Positions 27,401 to 37,754 of a stretch of 64,000 nt of DNA are shown here, piece by piece. The translations under genes were made by a program, and so were the position numbers. Position 1 is the first letter of the stretch, and every line of letters starts with the position of its first letter. The stretch spans positions 23,743,648 to 23,807,647 of the forward strand of contig NC_092673.1 in assembly GCF_964355755.1 (NCBI RefSeq), written 5' to 3'. The notes under the pieces were generated by a model that did no database searches, was not told the origin of the DNA, and was given only the letters and a program-made list of their open reading frames with translations. Source of the stretch: Antedon mediterranea (taxonomy: Eukaryota; Animalia; Echinodermata).

Positions 27401-28832
27401 ATGAGTATTGCAGAGGGTTTTGAAAATCTCATATTTTTTGGCTATATTGTATTACTATGACATATTATCCTACATCGGCAGATCGGTGTTCAATCATTTA
27501 CGATATTAATACAAATAATTATTTAGAATAAATAATGGACATTGTTAGTAAAACAAAAAACTTATCACATATTTTATTCTGAAATAAAAGAAAAAAACAT
27601 CAAACAACCAAAATGTTGCTAATTACTACCGATAACAATGAATCAGTTTAATCATCATTTTAGTGTAAGATTTAAGCACAAAATTACCGTAATGAAATTT
27701 GTATATTTACTTTTATAACAGATTTCTTTTAATTTCTAGACGTCTTTCCTTCATGGCGTAAAGAGTCTAAATTTTGGCGGGATTAAATTTATTCGGCATA
27801 GTCGTCTTAAATTTACATCTCGATTTTTTGGCGAAATTTTAATCGGGATAATGCGCAAAAACGAATTTTAACCGGGGTATCGATCGGGGTTCTTGGCGGG
27901 ATCCCGATCGATATCCCGGTTAAAAATCCCGTTCGTTTTTGCGCATTATCCCGATTACAATTTCACCGATGATCGGGACGTCGTCCGGGACCCCGATATT
28001 TTCGACCGAAATTCCCGACCAAAAATCCCGATTTTTCGTGAATCCCGATAAAAATCACGATGAAAATCCCGATACGGAATGAGTAATCGGGATTCCCAAA
28101 AGATCGGGACGTCGTCCGGAATTCCCGACCAAAAATCCCGATTTTTCGTGAATCCCGATGAAAATCCCGATACGGGATGGGTAATCGGGATTCCCAAAAG
28201 ATCGGGACGTCGTCCGGGATCCCGATATTTTCGACCGAAATTCCCGACAAAAAATCCCGATTTTTCGTGAATCCCGATGAAAATCCCGATACGGGATGGG
28301 TAATCGGGAAATCCCAAAAATCGGGACGTCGTTCGAGATCCCGATATTTTCGACCGAAATTCCCAACCAAAAATCCCGATTTTTCGTGAATCCCGATACG
28401 GATGGGTAATCGGGATTCCCAAAAGATCGAGACGTCAATCGGGATCCCGATATTTTCGACCGAAATTCCCGACCAAAAATTTCGGCCGAAAATATCGGGA
28501 TCACGGCGAGATCCCGGCGGGATCCCGACCGTGATATCGGCGGGATCCCGGATGTTTTTTCTATAGGAAGCAACTAGATTATTAAAAAGACGTCGATACA
28601 GTTTAACAACACTTACCAGTATAATTTCTCAAGATGAAAAACCTGACTGTTTTTTATTGATAACATCTTTTTCGTCCGTCAGTCAGGTTTTTCAATCAAA
28701 GTTAAAATTAGTGGTGCTACTCAGTTCAATGGCCACACCTAGTATCCCACCAGGTGATACGGCCTAGTAAACTGCCCACTAATCCTTCAACTACAGCAAA
28801 AAAGATTTCCGAGCTTCTGCTCGCAGCGCCAA
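24430..28832 (-). mobile_element. Internally deleted Gypsy LTR retrotransposon (minus strand), related to the + strand element next to it
   Basis: Minus-strand PBS TGGCGCTGCGAGCAG (tRNA-Ser type) at about 28817-28831. Its 5' UTR (26335-26435 plus 28568-28600) is homologous to 28843-28970. PPT/LTR junction GGGGAGGTGTGT-TGTGA at about 24520-24540 resembles the one at 36049-36066. Decayed GC-richer ORF remnants at 24.7-26.0 kb; no RT recognised. Confidence 0.6.
26436..28567. mobile_element. Non-autonomous CMC/EnSpm-like (foldback-like) DNA transposon with CGGGAT subterminal arrays
   Basis: Termini CCCATGAAAAA / TTTTTTCTATAGG with 2-bp TSD AA. Left arrays read CGGGATTTT and right arrays AAAATCCCG (inverted). 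Removing it restores CCTGCAATAACAAGCAACTAGAT, collinear with the homologous UTR at 28865-28888. Confidence 0.75.
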
Positions 28833-29599
28833 TGTTGTTGTTGTATTGACGTTTTTTTTTAATAATCTAGTTGCTTTTCATTGCAGGTTTGCTGGTGAAA
28901 TATTTTATTATTATTTGCATCAGCCATTTTGCAATATTGTGTGTGTGTTACTGCATTGACGATATTTTAATTTGTATCGTACTCTTTGCTTAATAACATC
29001 TGTCATACACTGTAACTAGATTTAGGGGCATAACAACCCAGTAGGAGAGAGACAATTTTTAGATCATGCCGTCTAATAAGGTTCTAGTTAACTTTTGCCC
29101 AGTGCAAGACCTTTATGGAGTCCCTAATGTAGGGAAGAAACGGGCAACTAGAATAGTTAAATGGCGGGCTACCCATGGCAACATTACGTCCTCTAATATT
29201 CACCAGATACACGAAGTAGCCGGTACAACCAGGTTAGTTGACTACCTGGATTTTCAACCGAATCCGAGTTTAGGTGGAGGCGTAGGCCAGATGATTGATA
29301 ATGTGGCACCTCTAGTGGAAAAACAGAATAGAGCGGCCAGAAGGGGGTCGCAGGTGTCACAACCTGTAGATATGGAAGGGGCATACCTGGTGCAAAATGA
29401 CGGGGGCCATAGTACCACGTCCTCTCATCGCCTCAGGCTACTCCTTTATTAGACGTACCAGGTACGTATTATACTGCAGGACCTGCTAGTGATCCTCGCT
29501 ATCTCGAAGGTGGGCTTAGGGCTTATATGCCGTCCACCTCCGCTGGGCGTTCTGACCAGACGTAGGAGCTACATCAGAAAGCCATCTCCAATAACCTTA

Positions 29600-30365
29600 G
29601 GTCGTGTTTATACAACACCCTAAATTTGAACACGGCTTTAATTTTTAGCGTGTTGTTCGGACCGAGGTCAACCCACCTTAACGTTTGCTGTTATACTAGA
29701 AATCACGATACCATGTTATACCGGAAGTTTCATCAACACGCAATGCATGCTAGGATAAAAGGTCAAATCGTTGATCGCGCTTGAATTGTCTGAGTTGTCA
29801 ACAATCATCGTCGCCTCCTCGCTGTCCGATGTATTCGCGCGGTTTTTACCATTTTCATTATATTGTATTCGTTCACGTTTGCATTGTTGTTTATTTTGTT
29901 CTCGGTTCATTTAAATTAATAAAAGTTATTTTAAGGGTTTCATTGTTTCATCTATACACTATGCCCGACACTATGGAAGAAGATGCCATTTTTGCGATGT
30001 TATTTTTTTTATTCTGTTTGGAGTGGGAAACGATAGAGGCCTACTACCACTACGAGTTGGCCCCACTAGGCTAGGCGTAAGACGTGGTAGGAGGATGATT
30101 GCTGGCAGCGAAGCAGCAATAAATGGGCCCAATCTTGTTAGCAATGATTGATATTACGACCTGTTTTAACGAGAGGTCAAAATATACCCTGAGGACACTT
30201 CCAACACGGTAACGGCGACCGGGAATCCACCAAATTTTAGGATTCAGCCAAGTAGCCTTTTTTGCAATTAAAATCTCATTACACGGAATCGCTTTGTTGT
30301 TATACAACACACTTTTCGTAGGCGTGTAGAATATGCGTGTAATAGCGTGTTGTATAAACGCGCCC
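29600..30365. mobile_element. PIF/Harbinger MITE inserted in gag
   Basis: TIRs GGTCGTGTTTATACAACAC / GTGTTGTATAAACGCGCCC with TSD TTA at 29597-29599 and 30366-30368. Confidence 0.85.
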
Positions 30366-31327
30366 TTAGACTCGTGTTTTAGCTCTAGGGAGGACGAGGA
30401 GGAAAGACTCCCCAGGAGACTATCTAAAAACGCTAAGTCTAAAACTAGGGCTCTCCGGCGATCTCCATCGACCAACGATAGTGACCTTAGTAGGGATGGT
30501 ACTGATACTGATAGTAGCAGGAGTCGGATAGACATAGTGCATGCAGGGGCTAGGACAGCAGTGGAGTGTCTCAGGACCACCCCGAGAATCAGGCACTATG
30601 AAGGCCGGCAGGGTCTTTTAGAATGTAAGAGAATGCGTAAAAAAGATATACCTAGGTCTCTAACGTTTAGGGGGAGGGGAGACAACTGGTCCTTTTTTAA
30701 GCGACGATTGGCTTTATTTATAGATGAGCAGGAACTCACAAACCGTGAAAGTAAGGACGTCCTTACTTGGTGTTTAGATGGGGCGGCGGCTGAGTTCTAT
30801 GTGAATCTAATAGAAATGGACGCTGATATGGGCTTTAGGCGGATCATTAGAGCTTTCAACCGACGCTTTAATGAGGACGAGCTCCCCGCGGTCCTCCAAG
30901 CTGAATTAGAGACTGCTATGTAAAATGAGGGGGAGACTATAGAGGAATGGGGAGATAGAGTGCTAACCCTGACTAGGAAGGCGTTGAAGGATTTGCCTAA
31001 GGAGTGGATCCAGGAGCAAGCCTCCGGAACCCGCACCTACTGGCGGCCAGAACCAGCCTGATCACCAACCAACAATACTCCTACTACGGAGGCCCGTTTG
31101 GCCGCTGTGGAGAGTAATTTCCAGACGTTGAATACCAATCTGGGACGGGTGAAGAGCACCGTGAACACGGAGATTGCCGCCATACGGGATCAATTGGATC
31201 AGCTCATGCGTTTCATGAGACCAGGCGAACTAGCTTGCTTTGAATGTAAGGAGGTGGGACATTTCCGCAGGGATTGTCCGAGGTTAGCGAGCCGTTTGCG
31301 TCAGGTTAGTGGCAATGAGCAGGATCC

Positions 31328-31334
31328 GTTAAAC
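31328..31334 (+). promoter_or_regulatory. Candidate -1 ribosomal frameshift site G-TTA-AAC at the gag/pol junction
   Basis: Sits just before the gag stop (31340). The -1 frame is open from here into the protease region, and GC-rich sequence follows. Confidence 0.55.
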
Positions 31335-31429
31335 GAGTAAGGGTTGGGTCAGAGGGCCGACGACCTAACCCGGTTCCGGAAGCAGGCCAGGAAGATGATG
31401 GCTCGTCAACTATCTCCCAGCTGGGCCCG

Positions 31430-33700
31430 ATGGCCAAGCCTGCAAATACAGAAGAGGTAGCACCGGATCCTGTCATCGAGCCATCTACAATTATCTCGGA
31501 GCTGATTGAATCATCTACACCGGGGACAACCAAAACTGAAGAGACTCAAACTCGGATGGTTATCAACAGGGTGAAATCGTTGAATGCGTTGCATGCAACT
31601 GCTTTTGTAAACGGTACAAAAATTGACGCAGTCGTGGACACTGCAGCGGATTTTACTATACTATCCGATAAGGTTTATTAAAGTCTAGATCCGGCACCAC
31701 CTGTGGTGTCCACCCTGTCCTTTACTTTGGCAGGAAGGGGGACATCTATGCCAGGTTCGAAGGTGGGGCCTCTACAGTTTACATTGGGAACCAAAGAGTA
31801 CCAGGAATTCTTTTATGTTACCCCCATCAACGACGATATGCTCTTGGGCGGGGATTTCCTTCATCCACAGGGAGCCGTTATCGATTGTGGAAATTTTCTT
31901 CTGGCAATTGGGGGCAGTGCCATATCTCTAAGAGGGGATTCACCGGTAGAACCTAGGGTTGCCCAGGTAACAGTGGCTAAACGGAGAGTAATCCCTCCTC
32001 ACTCAGCCGCTCATGTTAAATGCAAACTTGTGACAATTTATCAATGCCTGATTTCTTTATAGAGCCAGTTTCAACTACTGACGATGTGGCGATACCGGCG
32101 ACTTTACATCTACGCACTGATGCGCCATGCATCTGTGTCATCAACACATCTGACCACTACCTCACTATGAAAAAGGGTAGACAGATAGGTACGGCAAGTG
32201 AAGCTGAAGGGGTGAGTGTGTTCAAGACGGAGGCGACTCCGACCGATAATGCTTTGTTGAACCAAGCGGACGATGACGGTAACCAACCCGAGGGGGTGCC
32301 GGTGCACCTAGTGGGCATGTTGGACTCTTCGAGATCTAATCTCTCAAGTGAAGAGGCTGACGCGCTCACTAAGCTATTGGTTGATTACCAGGATGTCTTC
32401 GCCGCTCATCAATTCGACATTGGCACCTTTGGTGATATTGAACACAGCATCGACACTGGAGATGCCTCACCGATCAGGCAACGGCTCCACCATACTCCTC
32501 TGCGCTTTGTGGAGGAGGAAGAGAAGGAGATAAGGAAGATGTTGGAGGCTGGTATTATTCAACCGTCCATGTCCGAGTGGGCATCACCGCCTGTGTTGGT
32601 CCGGAAGCGCGATGGTTCTGTGTGTTTTTGCATTGACTATAGGGCTCTTACCAACATCACTACTAAAGATGCGTATCCATTACCTCTGATTCGTGATTGC
32701 CTGGACACACTGTCGGGGAATATCTTGTTTTCTAAACTGGACACGATTTGGGGGTACTGGCAGATTAAGATGAAGGATGAAGACCGTAAGAAGACAGCGT
32801 TTATCACCAAGGATGGCCTGTATGAATTCGTGAAAATGCCATTTGGTCTTATCAATTGTCCTGCAACCTTCTCCCGTGCCATGGGTTTGGTGCTGCGGGG
32901 ATTGGCGTGGGATACTGTATTGGCATTTCTCGATGACATTGTCGTGCTAGGTAAAACGTTCGAAGATCATCTCAGCTCATCATTTCGTATTAACAACTTT
33001 AAACTTAAACCTAAAAAGTGTGATTTCTTTCAGAAACAGGTTGAATTTTTAGGGCGAATCGTTGGGGAGGATACGGTGGCGGTGTCCGATTCGGATATAA
33101 AGGCTGTTCAAGACTGGCCGACACCTACCAATCTGAGAGAAGTACAGCAGTTCTTGGGGTTGGCTAACTACCATAGACAGTTCACTGGGAGGGGGGAGGA
33201 ACAACAACAAGCGTTCACCGGCTTGAAAGCTGCTCTCGTTCAACCTCCTCTACTCGCCTTGCCGAACGGGACTGATGAATTTATTCTGGATGTCGACGCT
33301 TCAGATCAAGCGCTAGGAGGCGAGCTGCTCCAGGTGCAGGAAGGTAAGGAGAAGGTAATTGCATATGCAAGTGCCCGTCTAACTCATGATGAACAACGGA
33401 ACTATTGCACTACACGCAAGGAGTCGCTGGCAATTGTGTTCATGACAAGGCATTTTAGGCACTACCTTCTAGGCAGACCTTTTAGAGTGCGGACTGATCA
33501 CAACAGCCTGACCTGGCTCCTCAACTTCAAGCAACCACAGGGGCAACTCGCTCGGTGGATCGAGGAGCTGAGCCGGTACCACCTGCTGATTGAACACCGC
33601 CGAGGACAACACCATGGCAACGGCGATGCTCTTTCTCGCCGACCAGAAACGCATGACAGGCAGTAGCCACGAGCGGCCTGCGCTTGAAGGGCTGTTCGTA
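31430..33700 (+). pseudogene. pol: Pol: aspartic protease, reverse transcriptase, RNase H (stops/frameshifts)
   Basis: AVVDTAADFT and MLLGGDFL (PR); WASPPVLVRKRDGS..FCIDYRAL, MPFGL.NCPATF, AFLDDI (RT); DVDAS, NYCTT.KE, RTDHNSL, QLARW (RNase H). Confidence 0.95.
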
Positions 33701-33913
33701 CTGTCAACGAGCAGATGCAAGATGGTCAGCGTTCCAGGATGAAGTGGACGACGTTGTGCCCATCGCCCACGTACACCAGGTAGCTGTGGACCACCCGGGG
33801 GGTACTCCAGGAGTCGCTGGCAATTGTGTTCATGACAAGGCATTTTAGGCACTACCTTCTAGGCAGAAGGTCGTCCTGGTATTATTACTAATGTTATTAG
33901 TTCTTGTTTATGC

Positions 33914-34212
33914 AGGTGCAGCTGAGGAACAAGACGGTGGTTTTAAATCATGACAAGCTGAAGCCCTGTCGGGATCGACAACTTCCTAAATGGCTGGCTG
34001 ATTTTAATTTACATTCTCTTTCTTCACCTAGAGATCCGGATGCGGGACCGTTGTATTGTCTATGTCGCCAGCCCTGGGCCGGCTCATTTATGATACAATG
34101 TGACTATTGCGAGGTGTGGTACCACGGTGCATGTGTGAATATTGCACCATCTGAGGCCTTGGACATCGACTTTTATCGATGTGCGGACTGCAAGTCCTCG
34201 GTTAACAATTAA
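33914..34212 (+). pseudogene. Integrase C-terminal remnant ending in a PHD finger
   Basis: VVLNHDKLKPC (Gypsy IN C-terminal vvH.drLKp motif), then LYCLCRQP...MIQCDYCEVWYHGACV...YRCADC, a complete C4HC3 PHD. The integrase core is deleted and replaced by a duplicate of 33420-33477 at 33810-33867. Confidence 0.88.
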
Positions 34213-34243
34213 GTGCTCGCGTTTATCTTCTCCTCTCTCAGGT

Positions 34244-35771
34244 ATGGACCAGTTACCGTTCGCTGACGGAAGTGAGACGGAGGTTTCCGAAATGGAGGAA
34301 GATGTGCTCCTGGCTAGCCCGGGTGCGCGGGAGGAATTGACCCCGAAAGAGGAAGCGGTGGCTGGGGATACGGGAGGGGCTTGCCCGGTGGCGAGCACCC
34401 CAGCCAAGCAGAAACCAACATGCCATCTGGGATGTGGTCGAGTGGCCAACATGCGGGTCCGCGCCACGAAGATGCATGCTCCGGTGTGTTTTCGACCACT
34501 GGAACGAAGTTCTTGGCGGAGGGCACGAGTGCAGTGGCGGGCACTCACCAGCTTGGCGACGGAGGGCCTTGGTAAAGGCAAGACACCGGAGGACTTGAGG
34601 TGTCTCCTGAACGTCCAGCACCTAATGGGGGATGGCACTGACGTCCTACCTCCGGATAGGAAAACTCGTGGTGCCATCCTTATGCTGACACGGGTGATTG
34701 GAGGAAGGAGGCCCCCGCCTCTCACGATAGCTCCGATTATCAGTCACCCATCGGCTCTCATACACTGGCGCTGTGTGATTGCTCTCATCGCTTCTTTTGG
34801 TGAAGAGCTGTTGAAGGAGTGTGGTCGTCGGGCTGATGAGAAGGATCCGGCGGGGGACCAGACCGCCAAAAAGCCGACGAAGAGGAAAGCCGCAGGTAGA
34901 GAGCATGGAGAGCGACCGACCAAGCGTGATGCCCCGGCACCGAAGGATGGTAGATCAGTGGCGGCGTCGGGTACATCGGCCTCGCTTGGTTCGGCGCCCA
35001 AAGTGTTTGATGCCTGTTTCCATCTGGACCGGTTGCAGAGGGACCTGCAACTTTCCCGACGAGGGGACCTCTGGGACGTGGAGCGAGCGGTGCGGGTGGG
35101 AAGTGGAACACAGCCTGTGGAAGTGGTAGGCGGGATTGCCCTGTTTGGCGATCCAACCACTTACCCCACCGAGCGGGAGATTGGCGGATTGACGAGGAAC
35201 GGCTCTGTGGTGGGTTTGGGAGTGGCTCCTGGCTACTCGCCGACAACGGTTCAATTCGATAGGCTTCTGGCCCTAGCCCGAACTCGAGATGTTCGAGTAT
35301 TCTGGAGAGTGGGGTTGGACCATTCGGCCCCGCCTACGGATTGGCCGAGACAAGATCAGCTGCTAAAGACGGTGTTGGGTCGTTGCTTGGACGGCCGCCA
35401 CCACCGCATCATGTGTCTTGAAATTTCTGGCGTTCAAGGCGATGTCACTGGGGAGGAGTGCTACTATCGTGTCTTGGACATCCTACGTCTAAGTCGCGTG
35501 TTGAAGGAACAGCGGCTGCTTCTGGCAGACTACGCTTTCACGGAAGCCGTAGCGACCGCCTACCTCCGGTATTTCCCCAGGACATACTTTAGCGTGACCA
35601 GCCGAGTGATTGCTGATGGGGTCCAACGAACCGGACTATCCTCCTGCCGGATACCCAGTCGGAGCACCTCATCTGTTGGGGGCGACCGCCGTCGCCGTGG
35701 GACAGGTGCTCGACAAGAGCCCCATGCAGGTCATTGATCTGACATGGAAGAACGGTCGAGATCTCCTTTGA
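34244..35771 (+). CDS. Retrotransposon ORF3: Zn-finger-like segment, HWR-motif region and TatD-like (amidohydrolase TIM-barrel) domain; frameshift near the C-terminus
   Basis: VFDACFHLD, VGLGVAP, WRVGLDH, QDQLL and YFSV align in order with TatD motifs D.H.HLD, G.HP, GE.GLD, Q...F and Y.S. After a deletion near 35635, another frame gives GAPHLLGATAVAVGQVLDKSPMQVIDLTWKNGRDLL*, like the TatD C-terminal helices. ATG 34244 is preceded by TTTATCTTCTCCTCTCTCAG. Confidence 0.7.
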
Positions 35772-36289
35772 GCCCCTGGCTCACCCACAACCAGAAGTTT
35801 TCAGTTTTGCCAGAAATGTTCCGTTTCAAAAGAAAATAGGTCCGTTTTACATTTATTTTCATTTATATCTTTCAGGTATCCAGGGAAGCGGAAGACGGTG
35901 CTACAGGCATGTCCCACGGCCAGTGACTACCTGAAGAGATCGTTGGGAGCGGTCTACATAGCTACGGGTATCGGGTATTTCTCACGTACGCAAATCACCC
36001 GGTTCACCTCCGAGGTGGATCCAGGACGGGGTGCCCGCTTTTCAAACACGGGAGGAGTGTTGTGAATGGCGCCCGCTGGGTAAACAGACCACCCCTCCGA
36101 CCGGACGAGGGCGTCTCCCCGATAGCTTGATTTGCATACAGGGGGTATGCAGATGTTAACGTGGGACCTCGACGCCGCCCGAACCGGTCTATTCGAAGCA
36201 GGGAACCAAGCAAACAAGACGGAAGACCGATTATATATATTGACTTGGACTTGCTCATTTATTTATTTTTTAATTATTTATTTATTCAA

Positions 36290-36345
36290 GGGATATTCAG
36301 TGTGGTTGATGTATTTTGACTTTTCATCAGCTTTTAATACAATTT
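36290..36345 (+). pseudogene. Tiny LINE RT fragment (Rex1/L2-like)
   Basis: SVWLMYFDFSSAFNTI corresponds to the RT motif D.S.AF.T. Confidence 0.55.
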
Positions 36346-36678
36346 TTTTCTTTTCCGATACCCTCTATACAAAAAGGATCAGAAATGCCCTTTCTGACCT
36401 TTGACCCACATACCAGGGCATCTTCATATCTCTGTAAGTACTGGTCGTAGAAAAATTACAGGAAAGTATGTTTTTGACCTTTGACCTATTTTATTGTATA
36501 TTTTCGTATGTTCGTATCTTAGTAACCAGTGGGCGTAGATGAGCGTTATTTGCGTCAAACTACTCATAAGGTCAATGTTTATATTAGTTCTAATGGAAAA
36601 GATTCGTGTAAAATGACCGGAAGTCATTATTTTGACCTTTGACACATATTCATTATTTTAGATTTCTCAGTAAATACA

Positions 36679-37471
36679 TTTTTAGTCGCGTGGAAGCGAC
36701 TCTATAGTTCACTATGTCGGTCGGTCGGTCTGTCTGTCTGTCTGTCGGTCTGTCTGTCGGTCTGTCTGTCGGTCCGGTATCACTATGCGTTTTATCGCTT
36801 TCTGACCTTATCTTGATATCAGTTTAATCTAGCTAGGTCAATTTTTCACAGTATATTCCTTATGGCCAGGAATCAATGTGGTTATGTTTTCACGGTGCGC
36901 AATAAAAAATTACGCGGTCTACGCATGATTTAACGAAATCACGTTTGTAATCATATCTTCACAACCATGAATCACAATTAAATAAAATTTGGTACTCATA
37001 AATTTCAGGGCATAAATCATCATATGGCAATACAATTACGTGCGTAGCGCATGTAACGCATGCGTACGCGCGCTTAACATTTTCAAAATTTATTTTCGAT
37101 GAAATAAGAGTACATTTCAGGCAATTTTAAGCGTTTACAAAATTGCCATGAGTGCGCATATTTTTGCACGCGCATTGCGCGTTAAATGTTATTGCGCACT
37201 CTTTTGCCCGATTTCTGTTTTCTTGACTTACTTTTCAACTCGAAATTACGTTATACGAGCACGTCGAAAGTGACAGGCTACGCACGTGTAAATTAAAAAA
37301 AAATAAATGTTTTTAAACATTTCAACATTTTTAAACATGTTCAGTAATTTCGGTCAGTATAGTTCACTATGTCGGTCGGTCGGTCTCTCTGTCTGTCGGT
37401 CTGTCTGTCTGTCTGTCGGTCCGGTATCACTATGCATTGTAGCACGCGATTTAATGGCTGTTGGCCTTGTT
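36679..37471 (+). mobile_element. HINE/Helentron-type non-autonomous element, copy 1
   Basis: Starts TTTTTAGTCGCGTGGAAGCGACT (hairpin), has two (GTCT/GTCG)n tracts and ends GGCCTTGTT. Near-identical copy at 48344-49145. Confidence 0.75.
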
Positions 37472-37754
37472 TATATCTCAGTAACCACTAAGCACAACTT
37501 CGTCAATTTTGTGTCAAAAGATTCAGAAGACTCTTACAGTATTTATATTCACTATATTAAAAAATGGATAGAAACTATGTTTTTGACTTTTGACCTATTA
37601 TACCAGTATATTTGTTTATATTTACTCTAATGAAAACAAATGCAAATGTACAAAATAACCGAAAATCATTATTTTGACCGTTAACATTTTCTAGTCGTGT
37701 CATGAATAAATCTCGGGTCTCGAGTATAACATTTTAAATTTGACCAAATAATAA

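Larger units (their letters stand above)
29066..31340 (+). pseudogene. gag: Gag: N-terminal helix-hairpin-helix, capsid-like domain, CCHC zinc knuckle; interrupted
   Basis: VNFCPVQDLYGVPNVGKKRATRIVKWRATHGNI (ComEA/HhH-like); IPRSLTFRG..NWSFF...M*NEGETIEEWGDRV (capsid, stop at the usual Q); CFECKEVGHFRRDC. Broken by stops and a MITE. Confidence 0.85.
28840..36250 (+). mobile_element. Gypsy/Ty3 LTR retrotransposon (defective copy) with HhH-Gag, PHD-tailed Pol and TatD-like ORF3
   Basis: Domain order gag-PR-RT-RH-(IN mostly deleted)-PHD-ORF3-PPT (GGGAGGAGTGT, about 36049-36060)-TG... 3' LTR. The 5' LTR and PBS are missing, and the LTR's right end is not defined. Confidence 0.9.

Noticed and set aside
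26265-28573. Multiple overlapping 60-170 aa ORFs on both strands
   Set aside because: By-products of stop-poor CGGGAT tandem arrays.
33810-33867. 58-bp direct repeat of 33420-33477 as an LTR or regulatory repeat
   Set aside because: It is RNase H coding sequence copied into the integrase deletion junction (repair filler or assembly artefact).
33904-34212. Exon of a host PHD-finger gene
   Set aside because: In frame with the integrase C-terminal motif and embedded in the retroelement.
34084-35254. Antisense and alternative-frame ORFs over ORF3
   Set aside because: Expected in GC-rich coding DNA; no recognisable motifs.
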